Positions 1 through 9,428 of a DNA stretch of 64,000 nucleotides are shown here, piece after piece. Origin of the DNA: a virus (lineage: Duplodnaviria; Caudoviricetes); the IMG/VR virus record IMGVR_UViG_3300043775_000410, positions 1 through 64,000 of that record; one strand, 5' to 3'. Position 1 is the stretch's first letter. Every line of letters starts with the position of its first letter. Made by a program: the position numbers and the translations under genes. The notes below the pieces were generated by a model that was not told the origin of the DNA, searched no databases, and was given only the letters and a program-made list of their open reading frames with translations.

Positions 1-1
1 T

Positions 2-1408
2 AAAACTCAACTCGGCGGTATCTTTGGCTTAGTAGACTCTCGGATTGCTCTAGGATCAAATGCCGGGCAAACTAACCAGTACGATAGTACGATTGCTATT
101 GGTGTTCTTGCTGGCGGTGGTAGTCAACATATCTATGCGGTGGCTATTGGCACAACTGCCGGAAGGACCGCTCAAGGTGAAAGTGCAGTGGCTATTGGTA
201 CAAATGCTGCGTACACCAGCCAAGGCAATGATGCGGTAGCTATAGGTAATGTTGCTGGAAAAACCTATCAAGGAATTAGTTCTATAGCTATAGGTAAAGG
301 TGCAGGTAAAACAGATCAACCAAATTATTCGATAGTGCTTAATGCCAGCGGAACTGATATGGTTATGACAGGTAATGCGGCATCGGCATTTTATGTAAAT
401 CCAGTCAGAAATGCAGTTACATCGCAATCTGTATACTATGATACAACTACAAAAGAAATATCGTATGGTAATAGTAGTATAGCCGGAGTAGGTGTTACTA
501 TCACTAGCCCATCTGCCGGACAAGTTATAAGCTATGGTACTGCATTGGGCCCTGTCGAAAATACCTATACCAATTATACTACACAATATCCAGCAATAGA
601 AGAACTTCCAGGTGCTGTTAATTATTCAATAACCAATGATGTCAGTGATAGCAATAATTTGTTGCTTGCGGGTACATTTCCGGAATCCTTTTATTCTAAA
701 TTTACTGTTGGACAACAGTTTAAATATAAACTAACATATTGGTCCGAAGATATTTACGAAGTAACTTCAGTCACAACTACCGATTCAACTACTATTGAGG
801 TAGGAGTAACTTGGATCGGCGGCGGCAGTAATATGATGGCTAGCAATCTGGCGGAGAATTATTCAAGCTATTTTAAATTTACCACAAATCAATCAGTACC
901 ACAGTGGATTAATGCCAACGCGGCCAGTTCATATAATCAAAGTCTAAACACCACATCATCTGTAGTGTTTAATGCCTTACAAGTTACTGGTGCATTGTCA
1001 CTTTATGTTGAACCGCCAGCCTTAACTTTAACGACTGAAACTATTTCTGGTGGTATGGGCCAGTTTAGAATTGATTCTAACGGGAAATTCGATTTCCCAA
1101 CGCCCGATCCTACTCCACCGTTTGACACGAATAAATTTGTAACTGGTACAAAAGTTACCTTAACCGATCCAAACTATGGTACATTTGTTATTGAATTAAC
1201 ACAAGATTTATATCTAGGTCCACAGCGTTATCAAGCACAATTTACCATGATTTCTGGTGGTGTTGTTTCACCTGAGGCTTATGCATCTTCAGTAGTTATT
1301 GAATATACAGTTAATAGTAGTCCAGCTCCAATAAATAAAACAACCGTTGTTAAATGGGCACCAATTGTAGTTGGCGGTCAAACATACTTTACACCATTAT
1401 ATCAATAA
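2..1408 (+). CDS. Tail fibre/adhesin-like protein with YadA-head-like repeats (5' truncated by window edge)
   Basis: Frame is open from position 2 (KTQLGGIFGLVDSRIALGSNAG...). It has tandem ~15-aa repeats of the form AIGxxAGxxxQ followed by a beta-rich T/S/G region. Confidence 0.7.
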   Translation, partial: KTQLGGIFGLVDSRIALGSNAGQTNQYDSTIAIGVLAGGGSQHIYAVAIGTTAGRTAQGESAVAIGTNAAYTSQGNDAVAIGNVAGKTYQGISSIAIGKGAGKTDQPNYSIVLNASGTDMVMTGNAASAFYVNPVRNAVTSQSVYYDTTTKEISYGNSSIAGVGVTITSPSAGQVISYGTALGPVENTYTNYTTQYPAIEELPGAVNYSITNDVSDSNNLLLAGTFPESFYSKFTVGQQFKYKLTYWSEDIYEVTSVTTTDSTTIEVGVTWIGGGSNMMASNLAENYSSYFKFTTNQSVPQWINANAASSYNQSLNTTSSVVFNALQVTGALSLYVEPPALTLTTETISGGMGQFRIDSNGKFDFPTPDPTPPFDTNKFVTGTKVTLTDPNYGTFVIELTQDLYLGPQRYQAQFTMISGGVVSPEAYASSVVIEYTVNSSPAPINKTTVVKWAPIVVGGQTYFTPLYQ

Positions 1409-1412
1409 TTAA

Positions 1413-1534
1413 ATGACATTTGATTGTATGAAATGCGGAGCTTGCTGCTCTGCATTTGAGGTACGCTTTCTTGGGCCACATTACTTGCTCGTTTAGACGC
1501 ATTAGAAACATTAATTAATAAAGGAAATGTATAA
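1413..1534 (+). pseudogene. Broken gene: YkgJ-like CxxCGxCC N-terminus joined out of frame to a coiled-coil C-terminus
   Basis: 1413-1496 reads MTFDCMKCGACCSAFEVRFLGPHYLLV*. A second frame (1460-1534) reads GTLSWATLLARLDALETLINKGNV*, and its TAA overlaps the ATG at 1534. Confidence 0.5.
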
Positions 1535-1803
1535 TGTCTTACCAAAATTTAACACCACTTAGCAGCGAAGAACGCACTGTATTGCATTTAAAAAATGCAT
1601 TAGATAGCGTAACTTTAATTAATCAATTAGTATCCGAAGATGTGCGTAGCAAAGAGATTTACGATAGAATAAATGCTAATATATTGCATTTAGAAATAAT
1701 TTTAGCTAGAGATTATATTATTGCCGATAGTACCGATAAAACTGTATACACAGATGCAATACTTGCAGGTCAAGCGTTTGTAGCAACTCTGTTAACTGAA
1801 TAA
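1534..1803 (+). CDS. Hypothetical helical protein downstream of tail fibre
   Basis: 89-aa ORF with AAGGA RBS; no recognisable motif. Confidence 0.7.
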   Translation: MSYQNLTPLSSEERTVLHLKNALDSVTLINQLVSEDVRSKEIYDRINANILHLEIILARDYIIADSTDKTVYTDAILAGQAFVATLLTE

Positions 1804-1815
1804 GCAGCAGTCAAT

Positions 1816-2628
1816 ATGAACTTATTTGAAATGTTTGACGAACCCAAGGAAGCTACGCTAATTGATGCATTGCGTGACTTCTTGCCTATTGCCATTAAAC
1901 ATTTAAAGTTAGATCGCATTCCTAAAATTCGTTTAGTTAAATCATTAGATGATACAACGTTCGGTCGTTATGTTAATGATGAACAAGTAATTTATGTAGT
2001 TGTTGACCAACGTAATCCTGTTGATGTATTGCGTACACTAGCACACGAAATGGTACACTATGCGCAAGGGCAAGACGATCAACTTGATAGCACTTCCGGC
2101 GAAACAGGCAGTCCGATTGAGGACGAAGCCAATGCAGAAGCTGGTGTTATTATGCGTTTGTTTAACCAAAAATTCCCCAACTATTTAACTACAGATTCTG
2201 TAGTATTGCCAGAAAGTAAACAACGTTTAGATGCTAAATGTTGGAAAGGTTACAAAAAGCAAGGCACTAAAATGAAAGGTGACACACGTGTAAACAACTG
2301 TGTACCCATTGAAGAATCATATGATGGTGATGAATTCTTTGAAGCCTACGGTGAACTGTGGTACAACGAAGATGAACAACTAGATGAAGCTGAATATCAT
2401 GGACATAAAGTTCCCTTAGGCAAACCAATGCAAGGTGATGTTAAGAAGTTTAAAGTCTACGTTAAAGATCCTAGCACAGGCAACATCAAAAAAGTAAACT
2501 TTGGTGATCCTAACATGCGTATTAAGAAATCTAATCCAGCACGTCGCAAGTCATTTAGAGCACGTCATAACTGTGCTAACCCAGGACCAAGAACATCTGC
2601 CAGATATTGGAGCTGTCGTAAGTGGTAA
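1816..2628 (+). CDS. Modular protein: HExxH metallopeptidase-like domain plus basic C-terminal domain; possible head-internal protein
   Basis: RTLAHEMVH...EDEANA zincin motif, a CWKGY...NCVP module, a basic C-terminus (RRKSFRARHNC...YWSCRKW) and acidic linkers. Confidence 0.6.
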   Translation: MNLFEMFDEPKEATLIDALRDFLPIAIKHLKLDRIPKIRLVKSLDDTTFGRYVNDEQVIYVVVDQRNPVDVLRTLAHEMVHYAQGQDDQLDSTSGETGSPIEDEANAEAGVIMRLFNQKFPNYLTTDSVVLPESKQRLDAKCWKGYKKQGTKMKGDTRVNNCVPIEESYDGDEFFEAYGELWYNEDEQLDEAEYHGHKVPLGKPMQGDVKKFKVYVKDPSTGNIKKVNFGDPNMRIKKSNPARRKSFRARHNCANPGPRTSARYWSCRKW

Positions 2629-2629
2629 T

Positions 2630-3049
2630 ATGACCAATTGGGAAACTTACGTTAAAGAATCCTATGAGCTTATTAAAGAAGCAGAAACATCGCTTTCAAT
2701 TACACTAACCCACAATGTAGAAGCATACGTTGTACACTTATTCGCACACTTTCTAGACAAACCACAGGTCAATACAGAACCTGTGGGTATTAAACTAATG
2801 GCCAGTGCCAACTTACCAGTAGCTCAACGCAAAGTATTGCTTAAAGATGTAGGTGATGAATGCTTACTAATTAACGCAATGGAATGGAACAAGCGCCGTT
2901 GGCCCAGTGACACTTACTATGCTGAAATGGGTCAATCTGCTTATGTTACACGTGCGTTTGTAGTTAGGCCTGTAGAAGATATCTACGATGATTTAGCCTT
3001 GGAATTCACAACAGTTACCAAAGTTCTACGGAAATGTAGAATATCTTAA
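2630..3049 (+). CDS. Hypothetical protein
   Basis: ORF 2501..3049; the start is more likely the ATG at 2630, just after the upstream stop (MTNWETYVKES). Confidence 0.7.
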   Translation: MTNWETYVKESYELIKEAETSLSITLTHNVEAYVVHLFAHFLDKPQVNTEPVGIKLMASANLPVAQRKVLLKDVGDECLLINAMEWNKRRWPSDTYYAEMGQSAYVTRAFVVRPVEDIYDDLALEFTTVTKVLRKCRIS

Positions 3050-3058
3050 CCATACCGC

Positions 3059-3087
3059 TTGACTCCGATAAGTAATTCATATACAAT
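3059..3087 (+). promoter_or_regulatory. Sigma70-like promoter
   Basis: TTGACT-17 nt-TACAAT in the intergenic gap before 3114. Confidence 0.55.
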
Positions 3088-3113
3088 ATATTTTTAACTA
3101 AAGGAATGACACA

Positions 3114-3371
3114 ATGGCATTAATGTTTTCAGCTGAACAAAAGGCAAAACTTATACAAATAGTCAATGAGGGCGTACAAGTACTACAAGAAGTAGAAGAT
3201 TTAAGTGCAGGCCTTAGCGATACAATCAAAGCAGTAGCGGAAGAATTGGAAATTAAACCGAGCTTACTTAAAAAAGCAATTAAAATTGCACAAAAATCTA
3301 AATTTGGTGAAACAAATCAAGATCACGAAACTGTTACTGATATTTTAGAAACTGTTGGCCGTACACTTTAA
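3114..3371 (+). CDS. T4 DsbA-like small dsDNA-binding protein
   Basis: 85-aa helical protein with pattern DLSAGLSDTIKAVAEELEIKPSLLKKAIKIA; AAGGA RBS; lies upstream of the polymerase. Confidence 0.6.
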   Translation: MALMFSAEQKAKLIQIVNEGVQVLQEVEDLSAGLSDTIKAVAEELEIKPSLLKKAIKIAQKSKFGETNQDHETVTDILETVGRTL

Positions 3372-3662
3372 TTGAAAGCTAACTATCACAAAACTATTAA
3401 GTTCATACAGCATGATTGGAATAGTAACCCATTTAGACTTACAATGGAAACTATTAATTGGGCGTTAAACTTTGCGGTTGCAATGACGTTTACATTAACT
3501 GTACCTAATGTTCCGTTATTAGTAGTGTATCCAATGTTCTTTACTGCCCTATCTATTAGTATATATTCTGCTATTAGCCGGGGTAGTTTTGGTATTTTAA
3601 TAACAAGTATAACTATATTTTTAATCGATTTAGTGGGCTATTACAAGCTATTAGTGTTATAA
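3372..3662 (+). CDS. Small membrane protein
   Basis: About three hydrophobic segments in 96 aa. Confidence 0.65.
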   Translation: MKANYHKTIKFIQHDWNSNPFRLTMETINWALNFAVAMTFTLTVPNVPLLVVYPMFFTALSISIYSAISRGSFGILITSITIFLIDLVGYYKLLVL

Positions 3663-3723
3663 TAAAAGAGTCGTACACTTTACGTACAAGCACAAGGTTA
3701 ACCGGCCACAAGCGGTAGGAGAG
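3655..3723 (+). promoter_or_regulatory. Extended -10 promoter and hairpin-containing leader of the DNA polymerase gene
   Basis: TGtTATAAT at 3655-3663; hairpins GTAC/GTAC (3673-3687) and ACCG-8 nt-CGGT (3701-3716) abut the SD AGGAGAG (3717-3723). Confidence 0.45.
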
Positions 3724-3726
3724 TAA

Positions 3727-6390
3727 ATGAGTTATGTTGACGCACTGTTTGACAGGGCAAAAGATCGTATTTACGTTGTAGAAAGAAAAGAAGGCATGCG
3801 CGAGTATGTCGAGTATCCAGCAAATTATGTCATGTACATGGACGATCCTAAAGGCAAGTATCGTACTGTATATGACACTCCAGTAAGTCGATTCAGCACT
3901 CGTATAGGTAAAGAATTTCATAAAGAGACACGTATTCAATCAGGCAAGCGGATATGGGAAAGTGATATCAATCCTGTATTCCGTTGTTTATCAGATAACT
4001 ATCTTGGTGTCGATTCACCTAAACTACAAACTGCGTTTTGGGATATTGAAACAGACTTTGACCCAGCACGTGGGTATGCTCCTACCAGCGATCCATTTAA
4101 TCCTATTACAGCTATATCAGTTTACTTAGATTGGCTAGACAAGTTAGTTACCTTAGTTATTCCGCCCAAGAGCTATAGTTGGGAAACTGCACAGGAAATA
4201 TGTGACCAATACGAAAACTGTTTTATGTTTGAACGTGAAGCAGACATGTTGGATACATTCCTTAATCTAATCGATGATGCAGATGTGTTAAGTGGTTGGA
4301 ACAGTGAAGGCTATGATATTCCGTATACTATTGGGCGTGTTACACGTGTACTAAGCAAAGATGACACCAGACGCTTTTGTCTATGGGGTCAGTACCCAAA
4401 ACAGCGTGAATTTGAACGTTTTGGTGCCGCAAACATTACTTTTGACTTGATTGGTAGGGTGCATTTAGACTATATGCAACTGTACCGTAAATATACCTAT
4501 GAAGAACGACATAGTTATAGTTTGGATGCTATTGGTGAATATGAGTTAGATGAGCGCAAGGTTGCTTATGAAGGTACCCTGGATCAACTATATAATCGAG
4601 ACTTTCCTAAGTTTATTGACTATAACCGTCAGGATACTATGTTGCTGGGCAAACTAGACAAGAAGTTACGCTTCCTAGATCTAGCCAACGAACTAGCACA
4701 TGATAATACTGTGTTGCTACAAACAACTATGGGTGCTGTAGCAGTTACTGAACAGGCTATTATTAATGAAGCACATCAACAGGGCTTAATTGTTCCCAAT
4801 CGTAAAAACAGAGACGACATGGGCGATACACAAGCGGCGGGTGCTTATGTAGCAACTCCTAAAGCAGGCATGCATGATTGGATTGGGTCAGTTGATATTA
4901 ACTCACTATACCCAAGTGCGATTCGTGCGTTGAACATGGGTCCAGAGTCAATTATTGGGCAGATACGACCAATAATGACAGACTATTACATTAACGAAAA
5001 GATGGCTAATAAGTCAAGTTTCGCTGATGCGTGGGAGGGCTTGTTTGCTACCTTAGAGTATACTGCGGTTATGGAAGGTAAGGAAGGTGTTGAACTTACC
5101 ATCGATTGGGAAACATCCGGTGAAAGTACTGTACACAGTGCGGCAGAAGTATGGAAGTTAATATTTGACAGTAATCAACCTTGGATCTTATCAGCAAATG
5201 GTACTATCTTTAGCTTTGAGAAAGAAGCAGTTGTTCCAGGCTTGCTTAAACGTTGGTATGCTGAACGTAAAGAACTACAGGCTAAGATGCGTTCATGTAC
5301 AGATCCAGAAGAGATTGCGTTCTGGGATAAACGACAGTTAGTTAAGAAGATTAACTTGAACAGTTTGTATGGTGCCTTATTGAATCCGGGCTGTCGTTTC
5401 TTTGATAAGCGTATTGGGCAGTCAACTACACTTACTGGCAGAACTATTGCCAAACACATGGATGCATTTATTAATGAATGTATCACAGGGGTGTATGATC
5501 ATACAGGCGATGCTATTATCTACGGTGATACTGACTCCTGTTACTTTAGTGCGTGGCCAATGGTTAAAGATGAAGTTGCCGCAGGTAATATGGAATGGAA
5601 TGCCAGCATTGCTATTAAACTGTATGATAATATTTCAGATCAGGTTAACGAGAGTTTCCCTGCAATGATGGAACGTGCGTTTCATGTGCCACGTAGTATG
5701 GGCAGTGTAATTAAAGGTGGTCGTGAGGTTGTAGCAAGTAAAGGTTTGTTTATTAAGAAGAAACGCTATGCTGTACTAATCACAGACTTAGATGGCAAAC
5801 GTATGGATACTAATGGCAAGCCCGGCAAAGTTAAAGCTATGGGGCTTGACTTAAAACGCAGTGATACTCCAAAAGTTGTACAGGATTTCTTAAGTGATAT
5901 TTTATTAGCGACACTTACTGGTGTAGATAAGACTGCTATTATTGATATGGTACGTGAGTTTAAACTAGCTTTCCAGGATAGGCCAGCTTGGGAAAAAGGT
6001 ACACCTAAACGTGTAAACAATCTAACTAAGTTTACCAAAGCAGAAGAACGTGAAGGTCGTGCTAATATGCCTGGTCATGTACGTGCGGCAATGAACTGGA
6101 ATAACCTAAAGCGTATGCACGGCGATAACTATTCAATTAGTATTGTTGATGGTATGAAGACTATTGTGTGTAAACTTAAAGATAATCCAATTGGATTTAC
6201 TAGTGTAGGCTATCCAACAGATGGCACCCATATTCCACAGTGGTTTAAGGACTTGCCATTTGACAATGACCTAATGGAGTCGACAATTGTTGATCAAAAA
6301 GTAGAAAACTTACTTGGTGTGCTTAAATGGAATATTACAGAAAGTACAGACATTAAGACTACGTTTGATGCATTGTTTAGTTTTGATTAA
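3727..6390 (+). CDS. Family B DNA polymerase (T4 gp43-like) with 3'-5' exonuclease
   Basis: Exonuclease motifs DIETD, WNSEGYD, YNRQD; polymerase motifs DINSLYPS, KKINLNSLYG, YGDTDS, KKRYA. Confidence 0.97.
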   Translation: MSYVDALFDRAKDRIYVVERKEGMREYVEYPANYVMYMDDPKGKYRTVYDTPVSRFSTRIGKEFHKETRIQSGKRIWESDINPVFRCLSDNYLGVDSPKLQTAFWDIETDFDPARGYAPTSDPFNPITAISVYLDWLDKLVTLVIPPKSYSWETAQEICDQYENCFMFEREADMLDTFLNLIDDADVLSGWNSEGYDIPYTIGRVTRVLSKDDTRRFCLWGQYPKQREFERFGAANITFDLIGRVHLDYMQLYRKYTYEERHSYSLDAIGEYELDERKVAYEGTLDQLYNRDFPKFIDYNRQDTMLLGKLDKKLRFLDLANELAHDNTVLLQTTMGAVAVTEQAIINEAHQQGLIVPNRKNRDDMGDTQAAGAYVATPKAGMHDWIGSVDINSLYPSAIRALNMGPESIIGQIRPIMTDYYINEKMANKSSFADAWEGLFATLEYTAVMEGKEGVELTIDWETSGESTVHSAAEVWKLIFDSNQPWILSANGTIFSFEKEAVVPGLLKRWYAERKELQAKMRSCTDPEEIAFWDKRQLVKKINLNSLYGALLNPGCRFFDKRIGQSTTLTGRTIAKHMDAFINECITGVYDHTGDAIIYGDTDSCYFSAWPMVKDEVAAGNMEWNASIAIKLYDNISDQVNESFPAMMERAFHVPRSMGSVIKGGREVVASKGLFIKKKRYAVLITDLDGKRMDTNGKPGKVKAMGLDLKRSDTPKVVQDFLSDILLATLTGVDKTAIIDMVREFKLAFQDRPAWEKGTPKRVNNLTKFTKAEEREGRANMPGHVRAAMNWNNLKRMHGDNYSISIVDGMKTIVCKLKDNPIGFTSVGYPTDGTHIPQWFKDLPFDNDLMESTIVDQKVENLLGVLKWNITESTDIKTTFDALFSFD

Positions 6391-7661
6391 TGAATGATCT
6401 ACAGAAAAAATTAGATGAGTTAACTACAATTAAAAAGACATTAGTCGATTTAATTGATAGTTTTCAATTTGAAAAACTAGGCAAATTAACAGAATTGCCA
6501 AGTTCCAATGGTACACTGTATCAAGAAGTTGCAAACTATTATCAAACACAGCACAAAAAAGTTGCAGATAACTTTGCTAAAGCGCAATCTAATATTAATC
6601 AAGAGGTAACAGTTAAAAGTCAACAATGTATTAAGAAAAGCAAAAACTTAATTAAAGAAGGCCAACGTCTAGACATACTGCGTAAGGAAAAAATAAAGAA
6701 AAGTCAACGATTAGCCAAAGAAAGTCGCCAGCTGGCTAGAGAAGGACAACTACTCGCCGACACTAAACATAGATTATTGTACGAATATAATCAATTAATA
6801 AAAGAAAGTCATAAGTTAAATAAAAAACAATACAAGTTAATTCAGTCACGTCAACGAGAATTAAACATAGAAAATAAGAAAATTATTAACTATAGTATTA
6901 GTATACTTCAGGCTGCACTTAATAATATCAATAATAATATCGATAATACTACACTGAACTTAACTGAAGCAATTACTATAGAAAAGATAAACAATCTATG
7001 TGCTACCGAAGAGTATCAGAATAAGTTTATAAGCACATACTTACTCCCTAATATAGTACCAGTAGATAAACATATATTAAACTTATCATTACTAACTATT
7101 AGAGCGCATTGCGATTGGCATTTTCCTGGACTGCAAATTAATCCAACTACTAGAGATTGGGTTGATTGTATGGTTGCAGCAGATCCGTTGTATATCATCC
7201 AACGCCCCGACAATCAGACATTGCCTGCTATTATTAATACTTACCCTAGTGAATACATACAACGATTAAGAGTATATAATATTGATCAAGACTTTTCAAT
7301 TCTACCTCAGCAACAGTTTGGGTGTATTGCCTGTTGTAATGTTTTAAATTTATATAATCTGTCAGATATTAAAAATCTTCTGGCTACCTATAACACACTA
7401 TTAAGACCCGGTGGTAAATTAATATGTAATTTGCAATTTTTACACAACACAACTATCAGTGACATTGTCGAAGAAAACTATTTTAACTACACAATTAGAT
7501 TGATTATACAAAATATATTCAACGATATAGGGTATAGTGTGATATCATTAAATGAAATGTTATCGGATGATGTTATGAACATGTTGATAACTGTTGAAAA
7601 ATTTGGCATGCTAACTACCACCAAGGCACATCAGGTATTAGGTGCAATTATTGAAAAATAA
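6390..7661 (+). CDS. Coiled-coil protein with C-terminal SAM-methyltransferase-like fold
   Basis: N-terminal heptad-like Lys/Gln repeats; C-terminal FGCIACCNVL...LLRPGGKLI resembles class I methyltransferase motifs. Confidence 0.5.
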   Translation: MNDLQKKLDELTTIKKTLVDLIDSFQFEKLGKLTELPSSNGTLYQEVANYYQTQHKKVADNFAKAQSNINQEVTVKSQQCIKKSKNLIKEGQRLDILRKEKIKKSQRLAKESRQLAREGQLLADTKHRLLYEYNQLIKESHKLNKKQYKLIQSRQRELNIENKKIINYSISILQAALNNINNNIDNTTLNLTEAITIEKINNLCATEEYQNKFISTYLLPNIVPVDKHILNLSLLTIRAHCDWHFPGLQINPTTRDWVDCMVAADPLYIIQRPDNQTLPAIINTYPSEYIQRLRVYNIDQDFSILPQQQFGCIACCNVLNLYNLSDIKNLLATYNTLLRPGGKLICNLQFLHNTTISDIVEENYFNYTIRLIIQNIFNDIGYSVISLNEMLSDDVMNMLITVEKFGMLTTTKAHQVLGAIIEK

Positions 7662-7675
7662 TTTTACCATATCTC

Positions 7676-7704
7676 TTGCATTTTCTAAATACATCATATA
7701 CACT
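7676..7704 (+). promoter_or_regulatory. Sigma70-like promoter with nested CTAAATA
   Basis: TTGCAT-17 nt-TACACT, with CTAAATA at 7685-7691, ahead of the AGGAG RBS of 7734. Confidence 0.45.
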
Positions 7705-7733
7705 AAATTATAACACTTTATTAGGAGAACTAC

Positions 7734-8465
7734 ATGCGTGATCATTTATTAGACATCGTTAAAAATACGTACGGACTGGGTATCATTGACCTAGTTAAGG
7801 TAACAGGCACAGACACAGAAACAACAATTGAAGCAATTGCTGAAGATCGTAGTGTTATTGTACAGGCAAAAATTAACAATCCAGTGCCAGAGTTTGTTGG
7901 TACATTTGGTATGCCAAACTTGGGCAAACTAAGCACTATCCTTAACATTCCAGAATACAAAGACGATGCTAAGATTTCATTAACTAGACAAGATCGCAAT
8001 GGTGAATCAGTTCCAGTGGGCCTACACTTTGAAAACAAAGCAGGCGACTTTAAAAATGACTATCGTTTTATGAGTTCAGAAATTGTTAACGATAAACTTA
8101 AAACAGTTAAGTTCAAAGGTGTTAAATGGAATGTTGAATTCCAACCAACTGTTGCTAACATTTTACGTTTGAAATTCCAAGCAAGTGCTAACAGTGACGA
8201 AACTACGTTTACTGCTAAAACAGAAGGCACAGACTTAAAATTGTTCTTTGGTGATCACAGTAGCCATGCAGGTAACTTTGTATTCCAAAGTGATATTGCT
8301 GGTACATTAACCAAAGGTTGGTCATGGCCAGTTGCGGCAGTTATTAGTATTCTTAATTTATCTGGTGATAAAACATTCCGCATCAGTGACGAAGGCGCGG
8401 CGCAGATTACTGTTGACAGTGGCATGGCAACTTATAATTACATCTTACCGGCACAAAGCAAATAA
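7734..8465 (+). CDS. Putative DNA sliding clamp (gp45-like)
   Basis: 243 aa alpha/beta two-domain pattern ending YNYILPA; near the polymerase; strong AGGAG RBS. Confidence 0.65.
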   Translation: MRDHLLDIVKNTYGLGIIDLVKVTGTDTETTIEAIAEDRSVIVQAKINNPVPEFVGTFGMPNLGKLSTILNIPEYKDDAKISLTRQDRNGESVPVGLHFENKAGDFKNDYRFMSSEIVNDKLKTVKFKGVKWNVEFQPTVANILRLKFQASANSDETTFTAKTEGTDLKLFFGDHSSHAGNFVFQSDIAGTLTKGWSWPVAAVISILNLSGDKTFRISDEGAAQITVDSGMATYNYILPAQSK

Positions 8466-9094
8466 TGATTGATTACTGGTTAAATCAGTACACTGCTAGA
8501 GGATTTGTTCCAGGTGGCATGTTTGTCAATGGTACTGTAGTTTATATCCCAATTCCAAAGAATTCTAGCAGTTATATTGGTAAACTGATGTTAGCCAACA
8601 ATTGGAAAGTAGCTAATTTCTTAAAAAGTAATGTAGCTAATAAGAAGATAATTGTAGTATTACGCGATCCTGTTAATAGATGGATTAGTGGTATGGCACA
8701 GTACCTTTGTTCAGCGATAGTCAGTCAAGGTCATACAGCGGATACTATTATCAATAGCTGGAACCCAGTAATGGAATCGTTGATATTTGATAGAGTAATA
8801 TTTGACGATCATACCGAAAAACAACTATACTTTATTAATACAGTACCAAAAGAATCATGCGTGTATTTTAACAGTGTTCACGGGGTCGGCGAAGTATTAC
8901 AAAAATATTTGCTCGAACACAATATTAACCTAAATATTGATATAGATATTGATTTAGAAGATAATATACAACATCAAAAATTAACGAAGTTTCTTAAAAC
9001 TCTATTAGATCAGAATACTAAATTAGTTAATAGACTAAAAGAAGTATATGCAGATGACTATAAATTAATCAATGAGGTAACATTTTATGATTAA
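8465..9094 (+). CDS. Sulfotransferase-family protein
   Basis: 5'-PSB-like YIPIPKNSSSY, 3'-PB-like VLRDPVNRWISG, and C-terminal YADDYKL. Confidence 0.75.
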   Translation: MIDYWLNQYTARGFVPGGMFVNGTVVYIPIPKNSSSYIGKLMLANNWKVANFLKSNVANKKIIVVLRDPVNRWISGMAQYLCSAIVSQGHTADTIINSWNPVMESLIFDRVIFDDHTEKQLYFINTVPKESCVYFNSVHGVGEVLQKYLLEHNINLNIDIDIDLEDNIQHQKLTKFLKTLLDQNTKLVNRLKEVYADDYKLINEVTFYD

Positions 9095-9428
9095 AAATTT
9101 AGATATTACTAGTCCGCATTTGACTAGTAGCGCATACAGCACTCCGTACATTAACAACAATGGGCAGAGTGCTGGTACTGTGCGCTACAACACCATGACA
9201 CAACAAATGGAGGTGTTTGATGGTGTTAGTTGGATTAACATTAGTCAAAATGCTAGTATTGGTCTAAGCCGGACTGCTGACGAAGCTATACGTTGGGCTC
9301 AGGAAAGAATGCACGAAGATCGCGATCTTAAGGCTAAGATGGAGAAATATCCAACACTTAAATCAGCTTACGAACAATTTAAGATGATAGAAGTGTTGGT
9401 CTACGAGGAAGAAAAAAGTGGCACATGA
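9087..9428 (+). CDS. Hypothetical protein
   Basis: 113-aa ORF overlapping both neighbours; GAGG RBS. Confidence 0.7.
   Translation: MIKNLDITSPHLTSSAYSTPYINNNGQSAGTVRYNTMTQQMEVFDGVSWINISQNASIGLSRTADEAIRWAQERMHEDRDLKAKMEKYPTLKSAYEQFKMIEVLVYEEEKSGT

Noticed and set aside
56-586. Antisense and alternate-frame ORFs in the track (e.g. 56..586, 25063..25500, 28023..28514, 60649..61035)
   Set aside because: They overlap well-supported genes on the other strand or frame, lack RBS and motifs, and are typical shadow ORFs.
3727-6390. Intein or intron in the DNA polymerase (or thyA)
   Set aside because: Both ORFs are continuous and of normal length, with no splicing or homing-endonuclease motifs.
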